A stretch of DNA of 63,999 nucleotides, the filler included, from Reclinomonas americana ATCC 50394 (taxonomy: Eukaryota), in assembly GCA_048213135.1 (NCBI GenBank). It is 10 parts of 5 records of this genome, joined end to end, with 100 filler letters (N's around TTAATTAATTAA, not from the genome) between each part and the next. Parts side by side here need not be neighbours in the genome. Positions count along the whole stretch, not along the records: positions 12,412 to 28,462 come from PS015642.1; positions 28,563 to 46,133 come from PS015642.1; 8 more parts are not named here. One strand, 5' to 3'. Positions 25,645-39,511 of this stretch are shown in pieces; the first letter of the stretch is position 1; each line of letters starts with the position of its first letter. The translations under genes and the position numbers were made by a program. A model generated the notes under the pieces. It worked only from the letters and a program-made list of their open reading frames with translations, did no database searches and had not been told where the DNA came from.

Positions 25645-27156
25645 GACGGCTGGTAACGTGAGCGCGGCCGGCAATGCGGTGGTTGGAGGCACTGCGACTG
25701 TGACTGGTCTGGTGACTGGCGGCAGCCTGACGACGGCTGGTAACTTGAGTGCGGCCGGCAATGCGATAGTCGGCGGCACTGCAACTGTGACTGGATTGGT
25801 GACTGGCGGCAGCCTTACCACGGCCGGCAATGTGAGTGCGGCCGGCAATGCAATTGTCGGTGGGAGCGTTGCAGTTGGGTCAACCTTGTCTGCAACGGGT
25901 CTAATTACCGGTGGCAACGTGTCGACTGCTGGCTCACTAAGTGCTGGTGGACTTGTGACTGGCGGTAGTCTTACGACAGCCGGCAATGTTTTAGCGGCCG
26001 GTTTATTGTCTGCCGGCGGCAATCTGTCGGTAACCGGAACTGCTACCATTACTGGTGGCCTCACTTCCGCCGGCGCAGTTAGTGTCAGTGGATCGTCAAC
26101 GTTCACTGTTGGTACCGGCACCACGACTCTGGGAGGCGCGTTGTCTGTGACTGGAACAACTACTATGTCTTCGACTCTGACTGTTGGTGGCTTGTTGGCT
26201 GCTGATGGTGGCTTGCGCCTTGCTTCCAGTGCGACTGCTATTGGTGCCACACCCTTTGTTGCTCGTCTCCAGTACATTGATTCGGGTGTAGATCAGGTGA
26301 GCAGCGTAATGTGTGTTGTTTTGTGCCTCCCTCTCGCCCAGTTTTACTCACTTGTATATTCTGTTCGTTAGCTCTGGCTGCGTGGTGCCCATGCGTATGT
26401 GGAGTTGACAACGACAGGCTCCGGCTCTCCCTCGGACTTGCGGCTGAAAACGAATGTTCAGAACATTGACGACGCTCTTGGTGCGATTCGTCGGCTGCAG
26501 GGACATACATTTGATTGGGCCGAGGTGCGTCCGCACTCTTACGCTTTTTGTTAGTTGGATTGGCGCCAATTGTTGCATTCTTTTGTCCGCAGACTGCCAA
26601 GGAGATTGGATACGTCCCTGGAAGGAAATCTATCGGATTCATCGCCCAGGAAGTGGAGCAGGTATTCCCGCAGCTGGTCTCGCTGCAGACGCGCCCTGAT
26701 GGATCGGTACGTGAAGTGGTGTGCTTGGGTGTTTATCTGGTTCTGTCATGGGCTCATGTCTTGTGTACACAGTCGATTCGTCGTGTGGATTATGGGCCTG
26801 TGGCTGCAATCTTGGTTGAGGCCGTGAAAGAGCTCGAGGCGAGAGCTGCGCCGGTGGAGCGCGTTGAAATTGCTGAAGCACGAGTAGATGCCGCTGAGAC
26901 GCGGGTGGAGGCCGCTGAGACGCGGGTGGAGGCCGCTGAGTCCCGTTTGAGGATTACCGAAAGCGATGCAAAGGCCACTGCTGACCGCCTTCAAGCTCTC
27001 GAGGCTCTGGTGCTGCGGATGAACGCCGTAGATTCTAGTCAGCCGTGGTGGCGTGACGCCGCCCTGATCAACTTGCTTTGCTGTGTACTTTTGTGCATTG
27101 CTGCGCTGTTGTTCTGCATCGGGGCGGTTGCTCGCCTTCGAGGTGGCAAGCAATAA
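25645..27156 (+). CDS. Phage tail-fibre-like protein with peptidase S74 intramolecular chaperone, coiled coil and C-terminal TM (5'-partial; introns 26297-26371, 26525-26592, 26707-26772)
   Basis: G/T/A-rich GNVSAAGN...GGSLTTA repeats; SDLRLK at 26432; GFIAQEVEQVFPQLV; VDY...LVEAVKEL; hydrophobic tail. Confidence 0.88.
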
Positions 27157-27202
27157 ACAGATTAGCATGTTTTGTGTATTTTTTTGGAGGGGTGTTAACA
27201 AA

Positions 27203-28420
27203 TCATGAGAACACGGTGACGAGCTCGGCGCCAGAACCGCGAACCATGACGACGCGCTTCAGATTGTGCGTCAGTTTCTCCATGTACTCCATGTCTGTGT
27301 GAAACAGTGTTAGTGTGTGTGTGTGTCGGGCGTGCATGTGTTTGGGACGTAACAGTAGGAACGCGGATAAGTTTCTTGCGGAGCTGGCATGTTGATGACC
27401 ACAAGATCGGCTTCCGAGGAATGCGACAGAATGGTCTTGTTTAGCGTCTTGGCCGAGTGCGTAAACTCCTCACGCGAAGTGCGATCGCTGCAGAGCAATT
27501 GCGTCAACACATGACGACGCAGCAGATGGGCAAGGAAAAGCAGCGTGCGGCGCGAAACTCCAGTGTCGACTCGAGATCAGTGCCGCCATAAGTCTGTGCC
27601 ATCAGCTCATCCATATCGAGCATTGACTCGGCACGGCTCATTTGTGCCGACTCCATGTATCGGTGGCGGCTCTGTGATGCCTGATCCACGTTGNNNNNNN
27701 NNNNNNNNNNNNNCGCTTGTACTGCACCATGCTGTCCTCGCGCTGCACAACAACAAGAAGACGAATCAGTGGCTGCACAGCGCTCAAACAATTTATGCTG
27801 ACAAACGCACCACTTGGACGACCTCCACTGTGGCGTCGATTCGGAGATCATACATGAGCTTCTGCAGGCTGGTGGTCAGTGCGGCCGAGCGCTCGGGCGA
27901 GTCGGCCAGAGTGAGAATGCGGATCTCGCACTCCTTCCAGATGTCGTGCTTGCGAAGCAAGTGCACCATCAGCAGCTCCAAGCCACCATCATCTGCAAAT
28001 AGATGCACTTGAGTGAGACTCGCAACAGGATTGTGAAACATTGCAAAGAGTGCAGACGCAACGAATGAACCACCAAACGTCAATGTGGCCGCGCATCTTC
28101 TGGCTCTTATCGACAGGGAATTCCTCCAGTCCTTTGCAGACCACCACGGCGATTTCGGCACGATGGGCGTCGGACAGCATGTTGACAAACGTGTTGGCCC
28201 ATTCTCTGTCCTCTCGCCAAGGACGTGGCCAGCCGATGACGATGGTGTTGGGAGCCAGGGGACCGAGGCCACAGCTCTGGACAAGTGACTGAACTCCGCG
28301 AGGGAACGATTCAGCAACAAAGGTGAGCGCAAAGCCCTGCACGCCAGCATCGTCCATCAGCGTGGCGAGTAGCTGTCTCTTGCGACGGGCGTCCTCCCAG
28401 TCGTCGGAGAAGTCGCCCTA
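27203..28420 (-). CDS. Cation-chloride cotransporter (SLC12/KCC-like), C-terminal domain, 5'-partial
   Basis: GLGPLAPNTIVIGWP, IDVWWFIHDGGL, LNKTILSHSSEADLVVINMP, YMEYME...VRGSGAELVTVFS*. Confidence 0.93.
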
Positions 28421-28562
28421 CACACACAGTGCACGTGAGCAGGGCACGCGACAACGGCGTCCNNNNNNNNNNNNNNNNNNNNNNNNNNNNNNNNNNNNNN
28501 NNNNNNTTAATTAATTAANNNNNNNNNNNNNNNNNNNNNNNNNNNNNNNNNNNNNNNNNNNN

Positions 28563-28889
28563 AAGTACGGCGAAGACGACCCGTACGTATACGAGCTCGA
28601 GGATCCGGATCTGGACGGCGGTATCCCTGACACCGTTTCGGCTGGCTTTGACATGGACTTGGTCGTGACGTGCATCGACGATTTGAGAGCTTCTTCCTCG
28701 TACTACGGGCTCGAGTCATCGTCGACCGTCCTCACGATCGGCCACGGCAACGTCGAGTTCCAGGAAGGCTGTGCCTACGACACCGGCAACGAGGGCGCCA
28801 GTGTGGACCACTTCTACGAGTTCGTTGTGCTAGTAATGCCGCTGCCGAAGGATGTGTTTGGCATGCAGTCGACGCCACAGTGCACGTGA
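28563..28889 (+). CDS. 3' end of an unknown acidic protein
   Basis: Open, codon-biased frame from the contig edge (YGEDDPYVYELEDPD...STPQCT*). Confidence 0.5.
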   Translation, partial: KYGEDDPYVYELEDPDLDGGIPDTVSAGFDMDLVVTCIDDLRASSSYYGLESSSTVLTIGHGNVEFQEGCAYDTGNEGASVDHFYEFVVLVMPLPKDVFGMQSTPQCT

Positions 28890-29506
28890 GGGGTTGCTTC
28901 GAATTCCGATTTTGGAACCTCTTCCGTATATGTTTCGTGTTGTTCTTTTGACTGTGAGTTTTTAGTGGGACTCTCTGCAGTACTTGCCTGAGTGAAACCC
29001 TTTTCTCATCGTTCATCTCGAGTGAGATACGCATGCTCCGTCAGCCGTGTACAACCACGCTTATGCGGTGAAGATCACAGTTCTCAAGATTGGTGTCTGT
29101 GTTGATGTTTTGGATACGGTTGAACTTGGTCATCAAGACAGCTGTTGCTTGTTTGTTGGTGAATGAATTGTTGTTGTTGTTTCGATAATACGAATGCAGA
29201 AGTCCTTCTCCGACGGACACGCAACAGCACACTCTCCTCCATAGTTATCTCCCCTTTCAGGCTGTATTCGTCGAGATTGATACACATGAAGGACACGGTC
29301 AACAAGCATAGGAGATCTACATCGATAACACACTTACAGTAGTCCTAGTTGTATTGTTGGAAAGCAGACGAGACTTGTACATGTTGGCAAACACTAATAT
29401 AAGTACTTGGTAGATGCTCGTCGTTGTTGTGTGAGACAGTGAAGTTTCAAACTGTTTTGTAGGAAAGATGTTGTTGCAAGCACTGCACCTCCGCGGAAGC
29501 TGCAGC

Positions 29507-30601
29507 TCACAAGTGCAAGGCAGGTTCCGCGAGGCACCGATGCACCACGACCTCGGCCTCCTCCACCACAAAGCAGCGCAAGACAAGCTCGGGCAGGCAC
29601 CGCGAATCCGACTCTTCCTCGTGTTGCATCTCCTGCACTGCCTGCATCGCCGACCGTGCAGTGATGAGCTCCAGTCGAGCGAGACCGCTCGGCGTGGACC
29701 ACACTCGCAGGGTGTTGTCTTGACTCCCACTGATAATGTGTTGACCGTCAGGAGAGACGGTGACAGAGTAGACTGTGCCTGTGTATCCCTTCAACCGTCG
29801 CACCACTTGCCCACTCTCCAGTGACCACACTCGCTCGGTCGTGTCAGAACTCCCACTCACCACTCGTTGACCATCGGGAGTGACGGCGACAGACCGCACC
29901 CATCCAGTGTGTCCCGTTAACTGTAGCACTTCCCTGCCACTCTTGAGGGACCACACTCGTGCGGTCTTGTCCTCGCTCCCACTCACAACGCACTGAGAGT
30001 CGGGAGTGACGGCGACAGACATTACCGCCCAAGTGTGACCCTCCAAGCGGCGTACCTCATCGCCACTCTCCGCACGCCACACTCGGATGGTATTGTCAAC
30101 ACTGCCACTCACAACATGGTGACCATCGGGGGTGATGACCACCGATGTCACACATCCGGTGTGACCCTCCAACCGGCGCACTTCCTCTCCGCTTGTCAAT
30201 GACCACACTCGGATCGTCATGTCACTACCCCCGCTCACAACTTGCTGGCCATCGGGAGCGACAGCAACACACCACACGTCTCCAGTGTGTCCCTCCAACA
30301 GTCGCACCTCTTCTCCACTCGCCAGTGACCACACGCGCACGGTCTTATCTCGACTCCCACTCACCACGCACTGTGAGTCGAGAGTGACGGCAACACAGTT
30401 CACCTTCCCAACGTGCCCCTCCATTCGCCGCACTTCTGCAACACTCGCCAGCGACCACACACGCACTGTCGCATCAGCACTGCCACTTACAATGCACTGG
30501 CCATCGCGAGTGGTAGCGACAGATTGCACTGCTTCTGTGTGACCCTCCAGGATACACTCGCGGAGGAAGAGAGGTGAGGCGAGTGCCACGCGGGCTGTCA
30601 T
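29507..30601 (-). CDS. Intronless WD40 protein (7 highly similar 42-aa repeats)
   Basis: Seven GH/GY...VAVTPD...VVSGS.D.T.RVW units. Confidence 0.92.
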   Translation of the reverse strand: MTARVALASPLFLRECILEGHTEAVQSVATTRDGQCIVSGSADATVRVWSLASVAEVRRMEGHVGKVNCVAVTLDSQCVVSGSRDKTVRVWSLASGEEVRLLEGHTGDVWCVAVAPDGQQVVSGGSDMTIRVWSLTSGEEVRRLEGHTGCVTSVVITPDGHHVVSGSVDNTIRVWRAESGDEVRRLEGHTWAVMSVAVTPDSQCVVSGSEDKTARVWSLKSGREVLQLTGHTGWVRSVAVTPDGQRVVSGSSDTTERVWSLESGQVVRRLKGYTGTVYSVTVSPDGQHIISGSQDNTLRVWSTPSGLARLELITARSAMQAVQEMQHEEESDSRCLPELVLRCFVVEEAEVVVHRCLAEPALHL

Positions 30602-30743
30602 TGCGCACACAGCTAAGTTTACCGCAGGCGTCCTGCATGACACATTTCCTCCTTCTTCACGCGACGCAAGGAGAGCGTTGGCAACGTTGTTGTGTGTGTG
30701 TGTGCAAGTGTGTGTGTTTGTGTGAGAGAGCAAGAGCGGCAAC

Positions 30744-32607
<1,864 letters not shown>

Positions 32608-32671
32608 GTGCGAGTTGGGAGGTGGATATGGTATAAAGAGAGAAAGCATTGTCGTAAAAGGGTGAGGCGAG

Positions 32672-32988
32672 GTGTGTTTCGGTGTCTCCCTTGGGTGCTG
32701 TGCTGCCCCTGCGTGTCTCCCTTGGGTGCTGTGCAGCCCCTGCGTGTCTCCCTTGGGTGCTGTGCGCCCCTGCGTGTCTCCCTTGGGTGCTGTCAGCCCC
32801 TGCGTGTCTCCCTTGGTGCTGTCGCCCCTGCGTGTCCCCCTTGGGTGCTGTAGCCCCTGCGTGTCTCCCTCGTTGCTGTAGCCCCTGCGTGTCTCCCTTG
32901 GTGCTGTAGCCCCTGCGTGGTTCCCCTTGGTGCTGTAGCCCCTGCGTGTCTCCCCTTGGTGCTGTAGCCCCTGCGTGTCTCCCCTTGG
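32672..32988. repeat. About 29-bp minisatellite, about 11 copies, running into a gap
   Basis: GTGTCTCCCTTG(G)GTGCTGT(A)GCCCCTGC units are head-to-tail with no spacers. Confidence 0.92.
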
Positions 32989-33211
32989 NNNNNNNNNNNN
33001 NNNNNNNNNNNNNNNNNNNNNNNNNNNNNNNNNNNNNNNNNNNNNNNNNNNNNNNNNNNNNNNNNNNNNNNNNNNNNNNNNNNNNNNNNNNNNNNNNNNN
33101 NNNNNNNNNNNNNNNNNNNNNNNNNNNNNNNNNNNNNNNNNNNNNNNNNNNNNNNNNNNNNNNNNNNNNNNNNNNNNNNNNNNNNNNNNNNNNNNNNNNN
33201 NNNNNNNNNNN

Positions 33212-33242
<31 letters not shown>

Positions 33243-33259
33243 AAAGGCACACAGAAGTC

Positions 33260-33720
33260 TCCAAACACAAAGATTCACTTTTCGCACACATCGTAACTGA
33301 ACTCGCAAACAGATCTCTCTCCTTTCTCTCTCACACAAACAATAGCTCTCTCTCTCTCACACACACAAAAGTCTCACTTGCACAAAGATTCATTTCGCAC
33401 ATACAAAAAACAGTGAAAAATCAAACTCTTTCTCTCCCTCAACAGCCTTCCTTCTCTCTCACACACAATCATTCTCTCTCACCTCTCTCTCAAACACACA
33501 CACACACACAAAAAAGTCTCACTTACACAAAGATTCATTTCGCACATACAAAAAACAGTGAAAAATCAAACTCTTTTTCTCTCTCACAAACAGCCTTCTC
33601 TCTCACACACACAATCGTTCTCTCTCGCCTCTCCAAACACACACAAAAGTCTCACTCACACAAAGATTCATTTCGCACATACAAAAAACAGTCAAAATCA
33701 AACTCTCTTCTCTCCCTCAC
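33260..33720. repeat. About 130-150-bp degenerate tandem repeat
   Basis: CAAAGATTCATTTCGCACATACAAAAAACAGT..AAAATCAAACTCT recurs 3-4 times. Confidence 0.85.
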
Positions 33721-33810
33721 ACACACACACGACGCACATGCTCTCCCCCATCCCTTCCCTTCCCTTCTCTCTCTCTCTCTCACACACCACCCTTTCCCTC
33801 TGGTCACTCA

Positions 33811-34238
33811 CCCAACTCAAACTTGACCATCACCGCCGCACGCTGCTTCACCTCGACCTCCGCCTTGTCCCACAATTGAGCAGGCGGCTGCGGTGGAGCC
33901 GACAAAGGCGCAGGCGGCGGAGGCGGCTTGGGCGCCAAGTCCACCTGTGACGACATCACCATCGCCGGCTTGACCACCGAGGCCGGCGCGTGCACGCCAG
34001 CCAACGTGGCAAGCTTAGGCTGTTGCTGCTGTTGTTGGCGAGTGGGCGCGCTGGTGGTGGCAGAGGAGGAGGGCGAGATGACGCGAGAGATGGCCACGCG
34101 CGGCACCAGGACGGCGCCATTACGCGCGCCACCAGTGCCAACGAACATGACGGAGCTCATGTGTTGCATCCATGCGTTGGACGAGGCTGAGGCAGAGAAG
34201 AATCGGCGACCGACTGACATTACTAACGCTTGTCTCAT
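33811..34238 (-). CDS. First exon of an unknown protein with a mitochondrial-presequence-like N-terminus
   Basis: MRQALVMSVGRRFFSAS..., open for about 140 codons, ending at a G|GTGAGT donor; downstream exons not found. Confidence 0.45.
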
Positions 34239-34628
34239 GATTTGCGTGCGCTTACAGATCCACTAATGGTTTCAAGACTATTAATGGCCACACTGTTGTG
34301 GTGGAGAATGAGGAGGAGAAGAGGGAGGTGGGAGAGGAGGTCTCAAAAGACGACGCCAGTTTGCTAATCGTTGAACCACGGCTCAGGCTGTGTGTCAAAG
34401 AGAAAGAATGACGAATAAGGAAGGTCCCGCGTCCCGCGCGGGTCCCGCAGCCGGAAATAGTCCGACCCCCGACGTCGACAATGATCAACGCAATGAGACG
34501 ATCGCTGTGCACTCAGGCGCTGAGTCAGCAGTCACCTCTGAGAGGTTGGTGATGAGGTACAAGAGACATGATGAGTGTGTGCGAGAGGGAAGAGAATGAG
34601 GACAAATAAGAGAGAGAGAGAGTGTGTG

Positions 34629-34695
<67 letters not shown>

Positions 34696-35033
34696 GAGGA
34701 GGAGGAGGTAGGGTAGGGTANNNNNNNNNNNNNNNNNNNNNNNNNNNNNNNNNNNNNNNNNNNNNNNNNNNNNNNNNNNNNNNNNNNNNNNNNNNNNNNN
34801 NNNNNNNNNNNNNNNNNNNNNNNNNNNNNNNNNNNNNNNNNNNNNNNNNNNNNNNNNNNNNNNNNNNNNNNNNNNNNNNNNNNNNNNNNNNNNNNNNNNN
34901 NNNNNNNNNNNNNNNNNNNNNNNNNNNNNNNNNNNNNNNNNNNNNNNNNNNNNNNNNNNNNNNNNNNNNNNNNNNGGCGCAGCACGTACATGCATTTGTC
35001 CGCGCGCTCACTGTTAGTTTGCGTCGCCCGCAG

Positions 35034-35949
35034 TGCCGGTGGACTGATCAGTCGCTGGGAGCTGCGCTCGGCACTGGCCGAGTCGGCGCCACTCGAGTTC
35101 AACAAGCGGCTGGCGCGCTACGAGGAGAGCAGCGAGGGGGTGACTGCGTACTTTGAGGACGGCAGCTCGGCGTGCATGGATGTGCTGGTGGGCGCGGATG
35201 GAGCGTGGTCGGTGGTGCGCAAGCAGCGGTGTCCGGCGGTGACGCCAGTGGATCTGGGGCTGGTCAATGTCGGAGGCACGGCGGACTTCACGCCGGCATT
35301 GCGGCGCAATGTGGCAGAGGTGGCGCAGTATGTGGACGACAATCTGGTGCGCGTGCTCGGGCGTCGCGGTCACACGCTGCTGTCGTTTGCGTTCCGTCCG
35401 CGCGATCGGCCGCAGCAGTCACAGGTGCTGTGGGCGCTCTCGTGGCCTCGCGATGCATGCACGCCTGAGCCGCTGGCCTCGTCGGCCGACGCGCAGCGTG
35501 CTGATGCGTTGCGTCGGGCGCGTGAGTATTTTGATTCGTCGGCGGTGGCGCACCTGATGGAGAACACCTCGTCGTGGCTCAACATGCGCAGCATTGTGTC
35601 GGCGCCGCTGCTGAAGCACAATCCGTATGCTGCCAGCGCATCGTTGGGACACGTGACGCTGCTCGGCGATGCCGCACACCCAATGACCACGCATCGCGGT
35701 CTCGGTGCCAACACGGCATTCGTGGACGCCGAGCGCCTGGCCGCCGCCATTCTCGAGGGGCGCCCGCTGCACGAGTACGAGGCCGACCTGTTCAAGCGAG
35801 GATTCGCGGCGGTGCGCGGGTCGCACCAGAGCACCGGCATGATTCACGCCAGTGGCACGCTGCCGGAGGCGATGCGCGGGGTCGCCCTCCGCGTTGTCAA
35901 TGTCGGCATTCGCGTGTGGATGGCCACGCAGCGAAAAAAGAAGACCTGA
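35034..35949 (+). CDS. Class A FAD-dependent monooxygenase, 3' exon (5' part in gap; possible first exon about 34409-34543)
   Basis: DG motif LVGADGAWSVVR and GD motif VTLLGDAAHPMT...GLGANTAFVDA. Confidence 0.92.
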
Positions 35950-36030
35950 GGCAACCAACAAGATACTAATAGAGAAAATGAGAACAAGGGCGTCGTAATA
36001 AACTTGATGCGCTGTGCTTTTCTTTTGTGT

Positions 36031-37845
36031 TCACTGCGGAACACCACGAGCTCTGATCAACTCGTCGGCTCGCGCACGGTCGGTCTGCGCCTGCGCCATG
36101 TTGCCGAGGCGCTCGGCGGCCGCCGCGCGGTTGTGGTAGGCCTGTGGGGGGAAAGAGGGAGGCGATGAGGAGAAGGGATGAGGGAGAGGAAGAGAGGGAT
36201 TAAAGGGAAGGGAGAAGAGAGAGGAAGAGAGGGAGAGAGGGATTGCAGGGGGAAAGAGAACGAGGGAGGAAAAGGAAGACTGGGAACAGGAGGAGAAGAG
36301 GAAAACGAGGGAGAGGCAGAGGAGGAGGAGGAGGAGGAGGAGGAGGAGGAGCAGAAGCAGCACAGCACCCTACATCGGCGTAATTGCCCGTGGAGAGAAT
36401 CATAGGAGGGGAAAGAAGACAGAGGAGGGGGAACGAAAATGGAGAGGCAGCAGCAGAAGCAGCGCCCTGCCTTGGCGAAATCGGGTGCGAGGAGAAGCAT
36501 GGAAAAGAAAGAAGAGGAGGCGGAGAGAGGAGGGGGACGGGAGGATGGGCAGAAAACAGAAGAAGAAGAAGAACAAGAGGGGGGAGGAGGAGGAGCAGAG
36601 GAAGAAGCCCCTACATCGGCGTAATTGCGCGCGAGGAGAGAATAATAGGAGGGGAAACAAGGCAAGCAGAGAACATAGAGGTCGGGGAGAGAGAAGTGGA
36701 AAGGCAGCAGCAGAAGCAGCGCCCTGCTTTGGCGAATTCGAGTGCGAGGAGAAAAATGGTGGCAGAAAAGAGCAGGAGGGTGAGGAAGAGGGGCAGAAGA
36801 AACAGAACAGCAGGAGAAGCAGCATACGAGTAATCCTATGCAACGAGAAAGAAAGAAGACGAGGAACAGGAGGAGGGAAAGAGAAGTGGAGAGGAGGCAG
36901 CAGCAGCAGCAGCCTACCTCGGCGTAATCGGGTGCGAGTCGAATGGCCATGGAGAAGTCTTGCATGGCTTGATCGCTGACCAGCACAAAACGAACACAAT
37001 GAATGACTAGCGCATGATATGTGAATCATCAGAAGCAACGCAACAGCTGCCCGCGCTGCAGGTGAATAAAACCGCGATTATTCCAGTATTGCGCTCCATT
37101 CGGTCTGCGCGATGCGTGGGTGAGGCTTCACTGAAGGCTGCAGAGAGCATCAACAGCAAAAGAGCGCAACTGGATTTGCAGCGCGCGGTTGTAGTCCTCG
37201 AGAGCCTTGTCCAGTTCGCCGAGTCGGAGGAACACCAGTGCTCTGCGTATCACAATCGTTCTGTCAACGCGATGCTTGACTTCAGACGAAAAGATAACAT
37301 GGCGCACCGATTGTTATATGCCTCCGCCAAGCCGGGATTGAGCTCAATAGCCTTGTTGAGATCCTGTTGCGCTCGTTGAATCTGCTCACAAGGAAAAGGA
37401 TGTCAGCTGGCAAGAAGCACAAGGTTGTAAAGCCAGCACACGCAACATCGCCCAAGCAGAAACACAGGAATCCGCGATTGTTGAAGCCTGCACACCCACG
37501 CCTTCAGTCATCGCCATACAATGACTGCAGTCAATGAGCATCCGTACCTTGTGCCGTCACACCATCATTGAGGTCAATCGCTCGCGTGTACTCGCGCTGC
37601 ATGAAAGGTGATCAACAGGTGCAGAAGAAAGAGGTTGATTCGATGGGCCACTCACCATGGCCTTCTCCGCATTGTTGCGTTGCTGATACACAAAGCCGCG
37701 CTTCAAGTGCTGCTCGCCCGTCAACCTGCTCACGCGAGTCAGTTCATGCCCATTCAAAGTGGAGAACATGAGGTCTCCGCGCAACTGCGCATCCTCATCC
37801 ATGGGCACGTCGGGGAAGGCGTTCGGGGGCACAGCCGGTGGTGCT

Positions 37846-37884
<39 letters not shown>

Positions 37885-39455
37885 ACTCGAATAGCTGGCG
37901 GCTGCGGTGGTGGACCAGCAGCCACTTGCCGTTGTGGCTGCCCGGCCACCTGCTGCTCTGCTCCCGGCGTGACGTCACCCAGCTGGCCGCGAAGCTGCTC
38001 GAACTCGCCGCGCAGAAGCGAGAGCTGGTCGCTGAGTTGCTCGATCTGGATGGCCGCGAGGGGAAGGGAGGGTGAGGGGGAAGGAAGGGGAAGAGAGAGG
38101 GAGGAGGAGAAGGAGAGGGAGGACGTGAAAAGAAATGGAGAGCACAGAAAGAGAGAGCCTTTTCCCTACCTGCAACTGCATGCGCTCCCGTTGCTCAGCG
38201 TGCAAACGCGTCGCCTCGTGCGCCTCCTTTGCCAGCTGCTCAATCTGTCGCCGCTGATCCACAATCAGTGGCTCCAGCGCCACGTACACGCACTGCGCCT
38301 CGTGCGCTGCCGCCTCGTCGTTGCGTCCACGCCACGAGCAGCCGTATTGGGTCAGTCGGCACGGGACGCGTCGGAACGGGCACTCGTTCTCTGAGCACGA
38401 AAAGGGGATGAGAACAGCGGAGAAGGATTCACTCTCCTTGTCCAACTCACCCACGTGATTCAGCAGCTCCGCCAACGGCATCTCCTTGTCGCACTCGGGA
38501 CACTTGCGCTTGCACACCGACGCATGCGCCTCGTAGTACTCCTGAATGGAGCACGTGGTCGGGCACCGCGGGCACCTCACGCGAATGCTGCTGTAGTCGC
38601 GATGCAGAAACGGTGGCGCCGCTTGCGCCGTCTCCAACGACGTGTCGCAACAGCCGCACACGTTGATGCGGCGCAGAGCAACGAGGTGCGCTCTGCGGTT
38701 GACTCGTGTGAGTAAGGAAAGGGGACATTGGGGTGGTCAATGAGCGCAACTTGCAGACCACATGCTGGCCCTGTGAGTGGACACAGCAACAAGGCGATGT
38801 GAGTGGCGAGTGATATGCACAGAGACAGAACACAGCCGCAACATTGGCACACAGCGCAAAGCTCGTGGCCGCCACATCCTGCACGAAAACGATCAGCGCA
38901 AGAACGCAAATAGAGAACAATGAAGGTACTACAGGATCCCACCTTGCACACGGCACAAACGTACCTGCGCGCACAAGAGGTCAGTCGCACGTTCCATGAA
39001 GGTCTCACTGATTCGGCTCTCAGTCACACTGTGGATTCACAAGCTCGCTCGCTCACTCACTCACTCCCTGTACTCACACTCACTCACTCACTCACTCACT
39101 CACTCGAGCTCACTCACTCACTCACTCACTCACTCACTCACTCACTCACTCACTCACTCACTCCACGCCTAAGTCGTCGCCTAAGACATCGCCTAATCAT
39201 CATTAGGCGCGCTCCCTCTCTCTCTCTCTCTTCCTCTCACTCACCGCTCAGCGAGTAATCGATACGCAGGCTCGCAATCATCCAGTGTGATGCCCGCAAC
39301 GCGCATCGACGCAGGCGCAGAAGACGACGAAGAACCTGAGAGAGAAGAGAGAGTGAGTGAGTGAGAGAGTGAGTGAGTGAGTGAGTGAGTGAGTGAGAGA
39401 GAGTGAGAGAGCGAGTGAGAAGAAGAGTGGGCAAACGCTCAACACCTTCGCTCAT
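36031..39455 (-). CDS. RING + TRAF-type zinc fingers + coiled coil + polyQ + TPR protein (about 12 exons)
   Basis: CAVC...CANGQHVVCKAH...CGCC; VRCPRC...H...C; CPFRRVPC...GCSW...H...C; TPRs AYNNRA, YWNNRG, AYHNRA. Confidence 0.85.
39040..39160. repeat. (CACT)n intronic microsatellite (also about 39350-39400 and 39680-39790)
   Basis: Direct reading. Confidence 0.9.
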
Positions 39456-39511
39456 CCTCAAAACACACAGTCACTGGCGACAATGCTCGCTCTCTCCACA
39501 GTCTCTCTCTC

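Noticed and set aside
32672..32988. CRISPR-like about 29-bp repeats
   Set aside because: Head-to-tail units, no unique spacers, no cas genes, eukaryotic context: a minisatellite.
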